Translations under genes and position numbers: made by a program | From: Burkholderiales bacterium | GTDB taxonomy: Bacteria; Pseudomonadota; Gammaproteobacteria; Burkholderiales; JABEVD01 | Length of the DNA: 40,370 nt | Direction: 5' to 3' | NCBI GenBank assembly: GCA_013044025.1 | Contig: JABEVD010000125.1 | Coordinates: 1 to 40,370 of the forward strand | In this document: piece after piece, positions 26,508 to 35,817 of the stretch | Layout of the letters: every line of letters starts with the position of its first letter | Numbering within the stretch: the stretch's first letter is position 1 | Notes under the pieces: generated by a model | What the model saw: the letters and a program-made list of their open reading frames with translations, nothing else | What the model was told of the DNA's origin: nothing | The model's database searches: none

Positions 26508-27599
26508 TCAGAGATGCGAAACCAGGACCGAAATCTCCGCCGAATCATCCTGCAACTTGACGAAGGTGGTCAGATCCGATTCGCTGCGGCACCAGGCATG
26601 TCCCGGAGCGACCTCCAATTCCTGCATGCTGGAAACCGGCTCGAACTCGAACCCGCAAATCCGCACGCAGCTCGAGCAAGATCCCTTCAGGGCGAGATAA
26701 AAATGTTTCTCGGGAGGCGTCCGTTCGTCCACGATGCGCCGAATGCGCACTTCGCGCCCTTGCCTCGTCGAACGATGCTCGATCTCCAGCAGGCGAAAAT
26801 CCTGACCGGACGGGTTTCTCAGACACATCTGGTAATTCCTGTCCTGTCCAGGATAGATCCTGATGCTGAGCGGATTGGTCCCGTCCTCGCGGGCAATGCC
26901 CAGCCGAAAGGGCAGGATGGCGCCGTCGCGAACGTAGATCGGCATTTGCGACAGGTCCGCCAACAGGCTCCTGTACAATCTGCCGCCTTCCAGCGGTCGA
27001 GCAATCCCTTCCTCTTCGAACGGATACCATTTGCAACCGCGGGGAAGATAGACATCCCGGTAAGGCCGGGTGGGCAGATTCGCCGTCTCATGCCGGGTCA
27101 GGACCGGCGCGACCAGGAAGTCCCTGCCGATCGTGAACTGGTCTTCCAGATGGGCATACACGACCGGATCGTCCGGATCGTTCAGAAAAAGCGCGCGAAG
27201 CACCGGCATTCCGGTCTGGTCGCACTGGTAGGCCGCATCGAGATAAAGCTGGTTGAGACGCGAACGCAACTGGAAATATTTCCTGCAGTTTCCCGGCACC
27301 GGCTCGTCGAATCCGTAGGCTTCGATGAACTGGTTCCTGTAACCGCTGCAACACCAGGGAAGGAACGCGCCCAATTGCATCCAGCGCGTCATCAGTTCGT
27401 AATTTCCCCGGATGTTTCTTCCAACCGAATGCGCGAAGGAATCGTTCGAACAGGTATTGATCGGCACCCCGTGCAGTCCGAGCTTCAACACCTCAGAAAT
27501 GTTGAATCGAAGATCGTCCCAACTGGATGTCATATCGTCGGTCAACGGTCCTTTCTGCAGTTCTGCATGCCCGTCACTTGCGATCGTGAAATTTCGCAT
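26508..27599 (-). CDS. C-terminal half of a GH31 (alpha-glucosidase-like) protein, degenerate
   Basis: SSWDDLR, YELMTRWMQLGAFLPW, GMPVLRALFL, QFTIGRDFLVAPV, VYLPRG..WY, PIYVRDGAILP; N-terminal domain and nucleophile region absent. Confidence 0.75.
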   Translation of the reverse strand: MRNFTIASDGHAELQKGPLTDDMTSSWDDLRFNISEVLKLGLHGVPINTCSNDSFAHSVGRNIRGNYELMTRWMQLGAFLPWCCSGYRNQFIEAYGFDEPVPGNCRKYFQLRSRLNQLYLDAAYQCDQTGMPVLRALFLNDPDDPVVYAHLEDQFTIGRDFLVAPVLTRHETANLPTRPYRDVYLPRGCKWYPFEEEGIARPLEGGRLYRSLLADLSQMPIYVRDGAILPFRLGIAREDGTNPLSIRIYPGQDRNYQMCLRNPSGQDFRLLEIEHRSTRQGREVRIRRIVDERTPPEKHFYLALKGSCSSCVRICGFEFEPVSSMQELEVAPGHAWCRSESDLTTFVKLQDDSAEISVLVSHL

Positions 27600-27709
27600 A
27601 GCGTATGCCTGAATTGTATTGGAATGTTCGAAAACTCATTCTTTCCGAAAACGACCGGAACTATCGATACGGAATACAATTTAGGCGATTATTATGAAAA
27701 AGACAATAT

Positions 27710-27730
27710 GCATGAAATGGTTTTTCATGC
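27710..27730. promoter_or_regulatory. Perfect 8-bp inverted repeat, operator candidate
   Basis: GCATGAAA-TGGTT-TTTCATGC in an AT-rich intergenic region upstream of the GH31 fragment. Confidence 0.4.
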
Positions 27731-27792
27731 GTCAAGTAACCAGGCCTATGAAAAACCGGGATAAAAACTCCGGAGGCCGGGTGAAACCAGAC

Positions 27793-28071
27793 TCATTCCG
27801 CGCAGCGCAGGCGGATCTTCAGTTCGTCGTTTTCTTCGAGAATGTCTGCAAACAGCGCAGCGAGCTCCGGGGAGGCATCGAAGTTTCTTTCCAGATCCCG
27901 CATCCTCCTCGCCCTCGCAAGCAGCCGGCTCGAAAAATGGCTGCGACTGGCTCCGGGAAAAAGCCCCTCTTCCACCCGAACCAGAAGCCATTCGACCTCG
28001 ACGAAAGTGGCTGCGGCCGCTTCCTCGATCGTCATCTCCTCGACCAGACAGGCTGTGAGCGCATCCTTCAT
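27793..28071 (-). CDS. cbpM: Chaperone modulator CbpM
   Basis: ATGA overlap with cbpA; WLLVRVEEGL, LARARRMRDLERNFDASPELAAL. Confidence 0.85.
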   Translation of the reverse strand: MKDALTACLVEEMTIEEAAAATFVEVEWLLVRVEEGLFPGASRSHFSSRLLARARRMRDLERNFDASPELAALFADILEENDELKIRLRCAE

Positions 28072-28964
28072 TCGGCCCTCCCGCGCGGATCGAACGGAAA
28101 TTCCCGCGCCATCTTCTCGTAAAACGCCTTCGCAGCCGGCGTATCGGCAGGAGGCAGGACAATCTCGGTCTTGAGGATCAGATCGCCAGGCGGATTGCCC
28201 GGGATTCCCTTGCCATGCACCCGCAGCGGCCGCCCTCCCCGCGTGCCGGGCGGGATCCTGACCTTGAGATCGCCATCGGGCATGCCCACCTGAACGATGG
28301 CGCCAAGCGCAGCCTCCCAGGGAGCGACCGGCAAGGCAAGATGCACATCGAGCCCTTCCACGCTGAATCGTTCATGCTGTCTGAAATGCACTTCCAGAAG
28401 CAGATCCCCGCCCTGCCCCGCCTGACCCGCGAGGCGGATGATCTGCCCCTCGTGCACGCCTTTCGGAATCTTCACGTTGAGGGTCCTGTTTTCCAGCAGG
28501 ACATGTCCGGAAGCATCCATTTTCGGCACGCGCAGTGCGATCTGACGAACCGCCCCCCGATAGGCATCCTCCAGGTCGAGCAGCACCTTGGCGTGATGAT
28601 CGGCTCGCCGCGGCTGCCCGCCCATCCGCCCGAAAATCTGCGAAAAAAAATCGCTGAAGCCGGCCGCTTCGCGGGGGTCGAACCCTTTGCCAGAAAATTC
28701 GAATCCGGCGTCCCAGTCCGGAGGGGGGCGAAAGTCCTGCCCCTGCCGATAACCCTGGCCGATCCTGTCGTAGGCGGCACGCTTTTCGGGATCGGAAAGC
28801 ACCGTGTAGGCCTCGTTGATCTCCTTCATTCGCCTTTCTGCGTCCGCTTCCCTGGAAACATCGGGGTGATAGCGCCTCGCCAGCTTGCGAAAAGCCTTCT
28901 TGATTTCATCCTGGGATGCGTCTTTCCGGACGCCCAGGATCTCGTAGTAATTCCTGAATTCCAT
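28068..28964 (-). CDS. cbpA: Curved DNA-binding protein / DnaJ class B chaperone
   Basis: J domain with HPD (RYHPDVS), FSDFFSQIFG, DnaJ C-terminal domain (PWEAALG), no zinc finger; cbpM downstream. Confidence 0.9.
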   Translation of the reverse strand: MEFRNYYEILGVRKDASQDEIKKAFRKLARRYHPDVSREADAERRMKEINEAYTVLSDPEKRAAYDRIGQGYRQGQDFRPPPDWDAGFEFSGKGFDPREAAGFSDFFSQIFGRMGGQPRRADHHAKVLLDLEDAYRGAVRQIALRVPKMDASGHVLLENRTLNVKIPKGVHEGQIIRLAGQAGQGGDLLLEVHFRQHERFSVEGLDVHLALPVAPWEAALGAIVQVGMPDGDLKVRIPPGTRGGRPLRVHGKGIPGNPPGDLILKTEIVLPPADTPAAKAFYEKMAREFPFDPRGRAE

Positions 28965-29030
28965 GCCCGGTCCTTTTCCAGAAGGATAGACGACGCGGGC
29001 ATGGATGGAAAGGGCGGCAAAGCCCCCGGG

Positions 29031-29660
29031 TCAGCGTTGCGCGACCAGGAATCCATAGGAGGAGGGAGCGGCCTTCTCGACCCTTGCCGGCTCGCGCGGC
29101 GATGCGACCGGCCCGCCTGCGACCACCACGGCGAGCGCCCTTCCGGAAGCCACCATCATTCCGGGAACGGCCAGGTTGGGAAAATCCTGCAGCGCTTTGC
29201 CCTGCCCGAGACCGGCATGCTTGCGCACTGGAACGGAAGATCCGGTGAGCCGGGACTGGTCCACATGGAAATCGTCGCAGGAAAGCAGCCTGACCGGACA
29301 GGGAATTGCATCGCCTGCGCGAAGCTCGACGAGGTCGCCAGGAACCAGCATTCCGGCATCGATCTCCCGCCATTGCGGCCCTTCGGATGCGGTATGCACG
29401 CAAAACAGGGCGGAAATTTCACGCGGCACCATCGAGCGACGGTCGCGGCGCAGCACCCGAACCGGCTGCCCCTTTTTTCTCGCGCCTCCGATCGCGGCAA
29501 GGCGGTCTTCCGCCTCCCGGTCCAGCAATCCATTCTCGGTGGTGCCGAGCCAGTCGAGCAACACCTCGCGTTCCAGCCTTGCGGCAATGATGAGCTGTTC
29601 GGTTTCGTTGCGCAGTGCGCGACGAAGGAATACTGCGAGCGCATGCAGTCTGAAGATCAT
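29031..29660 (-). CDS. Soluble P-type ATPase (MgtA-like) N-terminal plus actuator domain protein
   Basis: AAGGAG RBS; GTTENGLLDREAEDRL, LVPGDLVELRAGDAIP, VDQSRLTGSSVPVRK, VASGRALAVVVA; no TM helices and no DKTGT. Confidence 0.75.
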   Translation of the reverse strand: MIFRLHALAVFLRRALRNETEQLIIAARLEREVLLDWLGTTENGLLDREAEDRLAAIGGARKKGQPVRVLRRDRRSMVPREISALFCVHTASEGPQWREIDAGMLVPGDLVELRAGDAIPCPVRLLSCDDFHVDQSRLTGSSVPVRKHAGLGQGKALQDFPNLAVPGMMVASGRALAVVVAGGPVASPREPARVEKAAPSSYGFLVAQR

Positions 29661-29807
29661 TTCGCTCTCCTTCAACGTCGGCGACAGGACAGGAAGTCCG
29701 GTCGGCCTGATTCGACGATTCTGGAAGGCGGATGCAGGTTTCTCTCCGGCCTTCCCTCTAGTTTTGCCTAGCGGGAAGCACCTCGAGAAGAATGGAGGGG
29801 CTTTCGT

Positions 29808-29837
29808 CTAGGCGTTGGGTCTACAACAACTGTCCAA
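29808..29837 (-). CDS. Putative leader peptide MDSCCRPNA
   Basis: AAGGAGG (29846-29852) 8 nt upstream of TTG GAC AGT TGT TGT AGA CCC AAC GCC TAG, immediately after a strong promoter. Confidence 0.55.
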   Translation of the reverse strand: MDSCCRPNA

Positions 29838-29871
29838 GGCGAATGCCTCCTTTGGATATGAACACGCGCGA

Positions 29872-29900
29872 ATTCTAGCCCCCTGCAATGGAAAAATCAA
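29872..29900 (-). promoter_or_regulatory. Sigma70 promoter of the mgtA-like leader
   Basis: TTGATT-N17-TAGAAT. Confidence 0.65.
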
Positions 29901-29943
29901 GCCCTGCCGATTTCCTGCTAAAATCGGAATTTTTGGAATGCGC

Positions 29944-30474
29944 ATGGATCTCAGGATAGGGCTCGTCAGCATCAGCGACCGCGCATCGGGCGGAATTTAC
30001 GAAGACAAGGGAATTCCCGCGCTGAAGGCATGGCTCGACAATGCGCTCGCAACGCCCTGGAAATCGATCGAGAGACTGATTCCGGACGAGCGGGCGCTCA
30101 TCTCCAGAACCCTCGTCGAACTCGTCGACATCGAGGGTTGCTCGCTGGTGCTGACGACAGGAGGGACCGGCCCCGCGCCGCGAGACGTGACGCCGGAAGC
30201 CACCATCGATGTCGCGGACAAGGTAATGGACGGATTCGGCGAGCAGATGCGTTCCATCAGCCTGAAGTACGTTCCGACCGCGATCCTCTCCAGACAGGTC
30301 GGGGTCGTGAGAAAGCACGCGCTGATCCTCAACCTGCCCGGGCAGCCGAAGGCGATCGGCGAAACCCTCGACGGCATCTTTCCGGCGATTCCCTACTGCA
30401 TCGATCTCGTTGGCGGCGCCTGGATCGATACCAGACCGGAAGTGATCAGCTCCTTTCGTCCGAAGAAAAAATGA
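29944..30474 (+). CDS. mog: Molybdopterin adenylyltransferase
   Basis: VSISDRAS, LVLTTGGTGPAPRDVTPEAT, PTAILSRQ, NLPGQPKAI; start could be 29938; TGcTAAAAT extended -10 at 29916-29924. Confidence 0.95.
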   Translation: MDLRIGLVSISDRASGGIYEDKGIPALKAWLDNALATPWKSIERLIPDERALISRTLVELVDIEGCSLVLTTGGTGPAPRDVTPEATIDVADKVMDGFGEQMRSISLKYVPTAILSRQVGVVRKHALILNLPGQPKAIGETLDGIFPAIPYCIDLVGGAWIDTRPEVISSFRPKKK

Positions 30475-31033
30475 CTTCCGCCTTTTCCAGATCGTGGAGC
30501 GTATTGATGTTGAAAAAGGCAGCTGGTTCCGGAAAATCCACCCGGACGATATCGTGCCTTTCCTGCCATTCGATCACTTTTCTTCCGCCTGCATCGAGAT
30601 AGGCAGACAGATCTTCGAGCAGGCTTTTTCTTGCCAGCATGAAAGCCTGATGGGTCCTGCCCCCTGAAGCGGCAATCGCGATTTCCGCATTCCCGATCCG
30701 CGCGAGAAGCCTTTCGAGCAGATTTTCGGGAAAGAACGGGGTGTCGCAGGGTAAGGTCAGGACGAAGGCGCAGGATGCGGCCTGCAAACCTGCGCGAAGG
30801 CCGCAAAGCGGCCCTTCCCCATCGTCCGTCACCACCTTGCAGCCGAAACCGGAATAGGCTGCCAGATTGCGGTTCGCAGTGACGACGACTTCCTCCACAT
30901 GCGGCCGAATCCTTTCGATCGCCAGCGAAGCCAGGGATTTTCCGTGCAGCTCGACGAGTCCCTTGTCAACTCCGCCCATTCTGGAGCCCATTCCGCCCGC
31001 CAGCAGAACCGCGCTGACCTGCTCAACCGGCAT
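30446..31033 (-). CDS. mobA: Molybdenum cofactor guanylyltransferase
   Basis: [34 protein letters not shown]. Confidence 0.93.
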   Translation of the reverse strand: MPVEQVSAVLLAGGMGSRMGGVDKGLVELHGKSLASLAIERIRPHVEEVVVTANRNLAAYSGFGCKVVTDDGEGPLCGLRAGLQAASCAFVLTLPCDTPFFPENLLERLLARIGNAEIAIAASGGRTHQAFMLARKSLLEDLSAYLDAGGRKVIEWQERHDIVRVDFPEPAAFFNINTLHDLEKAEVIFSSDERS

Positions 31034-31493
31034 GCCAGTCGCCGGATACGCCACCGCGCTTTTCGAGGAGGCGGATGCCGGAGATGGTCATCCCGCGATC
31101 GACCGCCTTCAGCATGTCGTAGACGGTGAGCAGCGTGACGCTCACCGAAGTCAGCGCCTCCATTTCGACTCCGGTCCTGCCGACCGTTTCCGCGCCCGCC
31201 CTGCAGATCACGCCCTTTGCATCGAGCTCGAATTCGACCGCGACCCGGGTGAGAGGAACCGGGTGGCAAAGCGGAATGAGATCGGCTGTCCTTTTCGCCG
31301 CCATGATCCCGGCAATGCGCGCAACCGCGAGCACATCGCCCTTTTTCCCGTTTCCGCTTTTCACGATCTCCAGGGTTTCAGGCTGCATGTCGATCCGCCC
31401 CTCCGCCACCGCGACGCGGTTGCTTTCCCCTTTTCCGGATACGTCCACCATGCGGGCATTGCCAGATGCATCGAAATGCGTGAGATCAGCCAT
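31023..31493 (-). CDS. moaC: Cyclic pyranopterin monophosphate synthase
   Basis: [42 protein letters not shown]. Confidence 0.97.
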   Translation of the reverse strand: MADLTHFDASGNARMVDVSGKGESNRVAVAEGRIDMQPETLEIVKSGNGKKGDVLAVARIAGIMAAKRTADLIPLCHPVPLTRVAVEFELDAKGVICRAGAETVGRTGVEMEALTSVSVTLLTVYDMLKAVDRGMTISGIRLLEKRGGVSGDWHAG

Positions 31494-31947
31494 TTTCCTT
31501 TTCCCTTCTCCAGCGATTCGTCGCCAGCTCGTCGGACTCCTTCGCTTCCACCCAGCGTTCTCCGTGCCGGGTGATTTCCTTCTTCCAGAAGGGCGCCCTG
31601 GTTTTCAGATTGTCCATGATGAAGGAAGCCGATTCGAAGGCATCCTTCCTGTGGGAGGATGCTGCGAGCACCAGCACGATCTGATCCTGCGCATCGAGGC
31701 GCCCGACCCGGTGCAGGACCAGCGCATCGAGCAACTCCCAGCGATTTTTCGTTTCTTCCAGGATTATTCCGAGCGCCTTCTCGGTCATGCCCGGATAATG
31801 CTCGAGCACCATTCCCCCGATCTCCCCCGCCTGATCCCGGACCAGGCCGATGAAGCTCACGATCGCCCCCGCCCCCTTCACGCGCTGCCGCATCGCGGCA
31901 ATTTCAACGCCGGCATCGAAGTCCTGTTCCTGGACCCTGACTTCCAT
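31486..31947 (-). CDS. moaE: Molybdopterin synthase catalytic subunit
   Basis: [40 protein letters not shown]. Confidence 0.96.
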   Translation of the reverse strand: MEVRVQEQDFDAGVEIAAMRQRVKGAGAIVSFIGLVRDQAGEIGGMVLEHYPGMTEKALGIILEETKNRWELLDALVLHRVGRLDAQDQIVLVLAASSHRKDAFESASFIMDNLKTRAPFWKKEITRHGERWVEAKESDELATNRWRREKENG

Positions 31948-31948
31948 T

Positions 31949-32182
31949 TCAGCCCCCCGTCACGGGAGGAAACAGGGCGACTTCATCGTCCTCCGCGAGC
32001 CTGGCATCCATTCCGGCAAGCTCCTGGTTGACCGCGATCCGGAACGGGCCGGAAAGCGCCTCCTCCCACTTCCCTCCCCTTGCCCTGAGATGGGCCACCA
32101 GGGATGCTGCATCGGGCATCCCGGAGAGTTGTTCCGATTCGCCGAAAACTTCCCTGAGTCGCGCAAAATAAAGGATCTTCAT
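31949..32182 (-). CDS. moaD: Molybdopterin synthase sulfur carrier
   Basis: MKILYFARLRE...AVNQE...DEVALFPPVTGG ending in GG. Confidence 0.96.
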   Translation of the reverse strand: MKILYFARLREVFGESEQLSGMPDAASLVAHLRARGGKWEEALSGPFRIAVNQELAGMDARLAEDDEVALFPPVTGG

Positions 32183-33360
32183 GCCAGAAATTCCGAAAAA
32201 GGATAAAAGCGCACGGATTGACCATTTTTCATTCCTGATCCGGCAGGAATCATGACGAGCCCGTCTGCCCAGGAAAGGGAGGTCATCACGCCGGACCCTT
32301 GCGAAGGATAAAGGATTGCCCTGCCTTCCTCATCGATCCTGGCGCGCAGCCATTCCTCCCGGGCGGACGCCTTCCAGTCGAAGGCGGATTCGACTGCAAA
32401 GGAAAGCGGCTGCCATTTCGATGCGCCCTGCATTTTCAGAATGAAAGGCCTGGCAAACAGGCAGAAAATGGTGAAGGCGGAAACCGGATTGCCGGGAAGG
32501 CCGAGAAAGGGAATGCCGGAGAGGTCCCCGAATGCAAAGGGCTTGCCCGGCTTGATGTTCACTTTCCACATCTCGATGCTTCCGATCTTGTCCACCGCCG
32601 CCTTCACATGATCTTCCTCGCCAACCGACACCCCGCCGCAGGTCATCACCAGGTCGGCCTTTTCGGCCCCTTCCTGCAGTGCGCGCACCGTGCTTTCCAG
32701 GCTGTCCGGCACGATGCCGAGATCGACGATCTCGCACCCCAGCGAATCGAGGAGCCCGATCAGGCTGTATCGGTTGGAATTGTAGATTTTCCCCAGAGGG
32801 AGCGGGTTTCCCGGCATCACGAGTTCGTCTCCGGTGAAGAAGATCGCGACCTTCAGCTTGCTGAAAACGGAAACGCCGGAAATGCCGACCGATGCAATCA
32901 TCCCCAGTTCCTGCGGCCTGAGCCTGGTTCCCGCTTCGAGGAAAACGCTTCCACCGGCGATGTCCTCGCCGCGCCTCCTGATGTTGGCCCCCGGTTTCGG
33001 CGCCTTCAGGATCTTCACCCGACCGTCCGAGAATTCGCAATCTTCCTGCATCACCACCGCTTCCGTACCCTGCGGCACCGGTGCGCCGGTAAAAATCCTC
33101 GCAGCAGTGCCGGCATCGAGGGGGGCCGGCAAGCTGCCTGCGGCAATTCGCTGCGAGACGGAAAATTCCAGCGCTCCGGACGGGATCGCGAAACCGTCCA
33201 TCGCGCTGTTGTCGCAAGGCGGCACGTCGATGGGAGAAACGAGGGCTTCGGAAAGGATTCTTCCCGAAGCCTCTTCCGTATTCACCTGTTCCGAAATCCC
33301 CGCCTGCACTGCTCTGGAGAGCAGGAGATCGAGCGCTTCCTGCCTGGAAATTGCCGTCAT
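32179..33360 (-). CDS. moeA: Molybdopterin molybdotransferase
   Basis: NSAMDGFA, RIFTGAPVP, TGDEL, GGVSVGEED, KPGKP, GLPGNPVS; ATG at 33360 overlaps the mobB stop. Confidence 0.96.
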   Translation of the reverse strand: MTAISRQEALDLLLSRAVQAGISEQVNTEEASGRILSEALVSPIDVPPCDNSAMDGFAIPSGALEFSVSQRIAAGSLPAPLDAGTAARIFTGAPVPQGTEAVVMQEDCEFSDGRVKILKAPKPGANIRRRGEDIAGGSVFLEAGTRLRPQELGMIASVGISGVSVFSKLKVAIFFTGDELVMPGNPLPLGKIYNSNRYSLIGLLDSLGCEIVDLGIVPDSLESTVRALQEGAEKADLVMTCGGVSVGEEDHVKAAVDKIGSIEMWKVNIKPGKPFAFGDLSGIPFLGLPGNPVSAFTIFCLFARPFILKMQGASKWQPLSFAVESAFDWKASAREEWLRARIDEEGRAILYPSQGSGVMTSLSWADGLVMIPAGSGMKNGQSVRFYPFSEFLA

Positions 33361-33848
33361 TGTTTCAATCCGAGATAAGTTTTGATGAAGTGGGCGATGC
33401 GGTCCGCCGCATCGAGGTCGAAAAACGGAAGATTCGCCTCGATTGGCTCGTCGCTTGCAATTGCGACCACATGCGGATCGTGCGGATGGATCAGGGGTTT
33501 TCCCTGATTCTTGCGCCTCACCTCGATTTTCGGGATGGGATCGTGCTTGTATCCTTCCACCAAAACGATGTCGCAAGGGGAGAGCCTTGCAATGAGTCCC
33601 GCGAGATCGGTCTCTTTTTCCGATTCATGCAGGAGCACCCATCTTTCATCCGACGCGAGGAGCACTTCGCCTGCGCCCGCCTTCCTGTGGCGCCAGGAGT
33701 CCTTGCCCTGCCTGTCGAAGTCGAACCCGTGATGGGCATGCTTCACGACCGAAACCCTCAATCCTTCCGCAACGAAGATCGGGATGATTTTTTCGATGAG
33801 CGTGGTCTTGCCGCTCCCTGAATATCCGGCAAATCCGAATATTTCCAT
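33357..33848 (-). CDS. mobB: Molybdopterin-guanine dinucleotide biosynthesis protein B
   Basis: GYSGSGKTT, KHAHH, GKDSWRHRKAGA, LVEGYK. Confidence 0.95.
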   Translation of the reverse strand: MEIFGFAGYSGSGKTTLIEKIIPIFVAEGLRVSVVKHAHHGFDFDRQGKDSWRHRKAGAGEVLLASDERWVLLHESEKETDLAGLIARLSPCDIVLVEGYKHDPIPKIEVRRKNQGKPLIHPHDPHVVAIASDEPIEANLPFFDLDAADRIAHFIKTYLGLKQ

Positions 33849-33920
33849 AAACTACTTTTTAGCCCGGGAGAAGAAATGTTATATTTTGTCAAATCCAGAC
33901 CGGAAAGAAAAGTCGTGACC

Positions 33921-34895
33921 ATGGAATTGAAGGACGGATTCGGCCGAAAAATCGAATATCTGAGAATCTCGGTGACCGACCGATGCGATCTCCGCTGCAG
34001 CTACTGCATGCCGAAGGGATACAGGCAGTTCGAGGAGCCCGAGCACTGGCTGAACTTCGGGGAGATTGCGAGACTGGTGAACATTTTCGCCGGATGCGGC
34101 CTGAAGAGGGTGAGGCTTACCGGCGGAGAGCCGCTTTTGAGGAAAAATCTGCCAGAACTCGCCAGGAGAATTTCGGACACGCCCGGAATCGAAGACCTCT
34201 CCCTCAGCACCAATGCCACCCTGCTTGCCTCGCAGGCGAAGGATCTGAAGGAAGCCGGGGTCGACCGGCTCAACATCAGCCTCGATTCGCTCGACCGGGA
34301 AAGGATCCGCAGACTGACCGGAAGGGACGTGCTGGAGCGGATTCTGCAAGGAATCGATGCAGCCAGGGAAGCCGGTTTCTCCCTCATCAAGATCAACATG
34401 GTGGCGATCTCGGGCGCAAACGATTTCGAAATCGAGGAAATGGTGAAATTCTGCATGGAAAGAGGGCTGGTGCTGCGCCTCATCGAAACCATGCCGATGG
34501 GCGAAACCGGAAGAAGCCAGGGCTTCCTGGATCTCCAGCCGGTAAAAAACCGGCTCGCCGAAAAGTACGGGCTGGTTCCGGCGCTCATGCCGGGAGGAGG
34601 ACCTGCGCGCTATCTCCGGACTGCGGACGGCGCCTTCAGCCTGGGTTTCATCACCCCCATTTCCCAGCATTTTTGCGAAACCTGCAATCGGGTGAGACTT
34701 TCGGTGGACGGAAGCCTGCACCTGTGCCTGGGTCAGGAGGACAGGTTCGATTTCAGGCAACTCCTGAGGGGGGGCGCGTCCGACGAGGAAATCCTCTCCG
34801 CGCTGCATGTTGCGATCTCGAAAAAACCGGAGCGGCACGAATTCAGGGAAGCGCCGGGCAAGCTCGTGCGCTTCATGTCCGCCACGGGAGGTTAA
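33921..34895 (+). CDS. moaA: GTP 3',8-cyclase (radical SAM)
   Basis: YLRISVTDRCDLRCSYCMP (CxxxCxxC), LTGGEP, FCETCNRVR..LCL, C-terminal GG. Confidence 0.97.
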   Translation: MELKDGFGRKIEYLRISVTDRCDLRCSYCMPKGYRQFEEPEHWLNFGEIARLVNIFAGCGLKRVRLTGGEPLLRKNLPELARRISDTPGIEDLSLSTNATLLASQAKDLKEAGVDRLNISLDSLDRERIRRLTGRDVLERILQGIDAAREAGFSLIKINMVAISGANDFEIEEMVKFCMERGLVLRLIETMPMGETGRSQGFLDLQPVKNRLAEKYGLVPALMPGGGPARYLRTADGAFSLGFITPISQHFCETCNRVRLSVDGSLHLCLGQEDRFDFRQLLRGGASDEEILSALHVAISKKPERHEFREAPGKLVRFMSATGG

Positions 34896-34964
34896 ATTTC
34901 TGTTCATACAATTTGCATGACGATCGGCTACAATGGTCCTGCAAGCAAACAAGGAGCAGCAGGA

Positions 34965-35312
34965 ATGTATTCAGTCGATCGCAGTGTAGTCATCGTCAAG
35001 CCCAAGGAACCCTTTCTCGAATGGATCAGGAACCTTCCCGGTTCCGAAATCGACATCACGCTGGAGCAGTTGCGTGCCGATTCGACCGTCTATCTCATCC
35101 CCGATTTCGACGAAATTGAGGATGCGCTGGAAGCGATCGATCATATTTACGGCAAGATTTTCGAAACCGAGCTTGCGGAGTGGTCCGAGGAAGAAGACAC
35201 CTGGCCGCAGGAAAGAACCCTGAAGCATTTCTGGCAGTGGTTCGACGTCAAGCTGCATTCTCTCGTCATCGATGCCGCCGAAGAAGTCATGGGCGAAACC
35301 CGGATGAACTGA
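34965..35312 (+). CDS. Conserved-looking acidic hypothetical protein
   Basis: AGGAG upstream; MYSVDRSVVIVKPKEPFLEW...IFETELAEW...WPQERTLKHFWQWF, 115 aa. Confidence 0.75.
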   Translation: MYSVDRSVVIVKPKEPFLEWIRNLPGSEIDITLEQLRADSTVYLIPDFDEIEDALEAIDHIYGKIFETELAEWSEEEDTWPQERTLKHFWQWFDVKLHSLVIDAAEEVMGETRMN

Positions 35313-35370
35313 ACGAGCAATTTCTCCCTTCTCGCCTATACTCCGGTCAGGCAATGCAAGGGAGAACCAG

Positions 35371-35817
35371 ATGAAAACCAGAATCGTAGTCGCGCTGCTC
35401 GCGATTTCCCTGATTTCCTGCAGCAGCCCTGCAACCAAGCAGGATGTGGGCACAGTCACAGGAGGCGTGCTGGGCGGGGTGCTCGGCGCCCAGGTAGGAA
35501 AGGGAACCGGAAGGGATGTCGCGATCATCGCAGGCACCCTGGCGGGAGCCTATCTCGGGAGCATGGTCGGAAAAAGCATGGACGAAACCGACCGACTGAA
35601 GACGGCGCACGCCATGGAATACAATCCGTCCGGACAATCCTCTTCCTGGCGCAATCCGGACACCGGCAACAATTACACCGTGACCCCCACCCGGACCTAC
35701 GAAACCGCAGAAGGACCCTGCCGGAATTTCACCACGAAGGCGGTCATCGACGGGAAGAACGAATCCGTGCGGGGCAAGGCCTGCAGGCAATCCGACGGCA
35801 CCTGGAAAATGATGTGA
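35371..35817 (+). CDS. Glycine-zipper lipoprotein (17-kDa surface antigen-like)
   Basis: Lipobox LISC, GGVLGGVLGAQVGKG glycine zipper, WRNPDTG, CR...ACRQSDGTW. Confidence 0.88.
   Translation: MKTRIVVALLAISLISCSSPATKQDVGTVTGGVLGGVLGAQVGKGTGRDVAIIAGTLAGAYLGSMVGKSMDETDRLKTAHAMEYNPSGQSSSWRNPDTGNNYTVTPTRTYETAEGPCRNFTTKAVIDGKNESVRGKACRQSDGTWKMM

Noticed and set aside
29944-34895. Molybdenum cofactor cluster as a novel system; possible Moco riboswitch or ModE box between mobB and moaA
   Set aside because: All genes are standard. The 72-nt gap is too short for the riboswitch, and TGTTATAT has no matching second half-site
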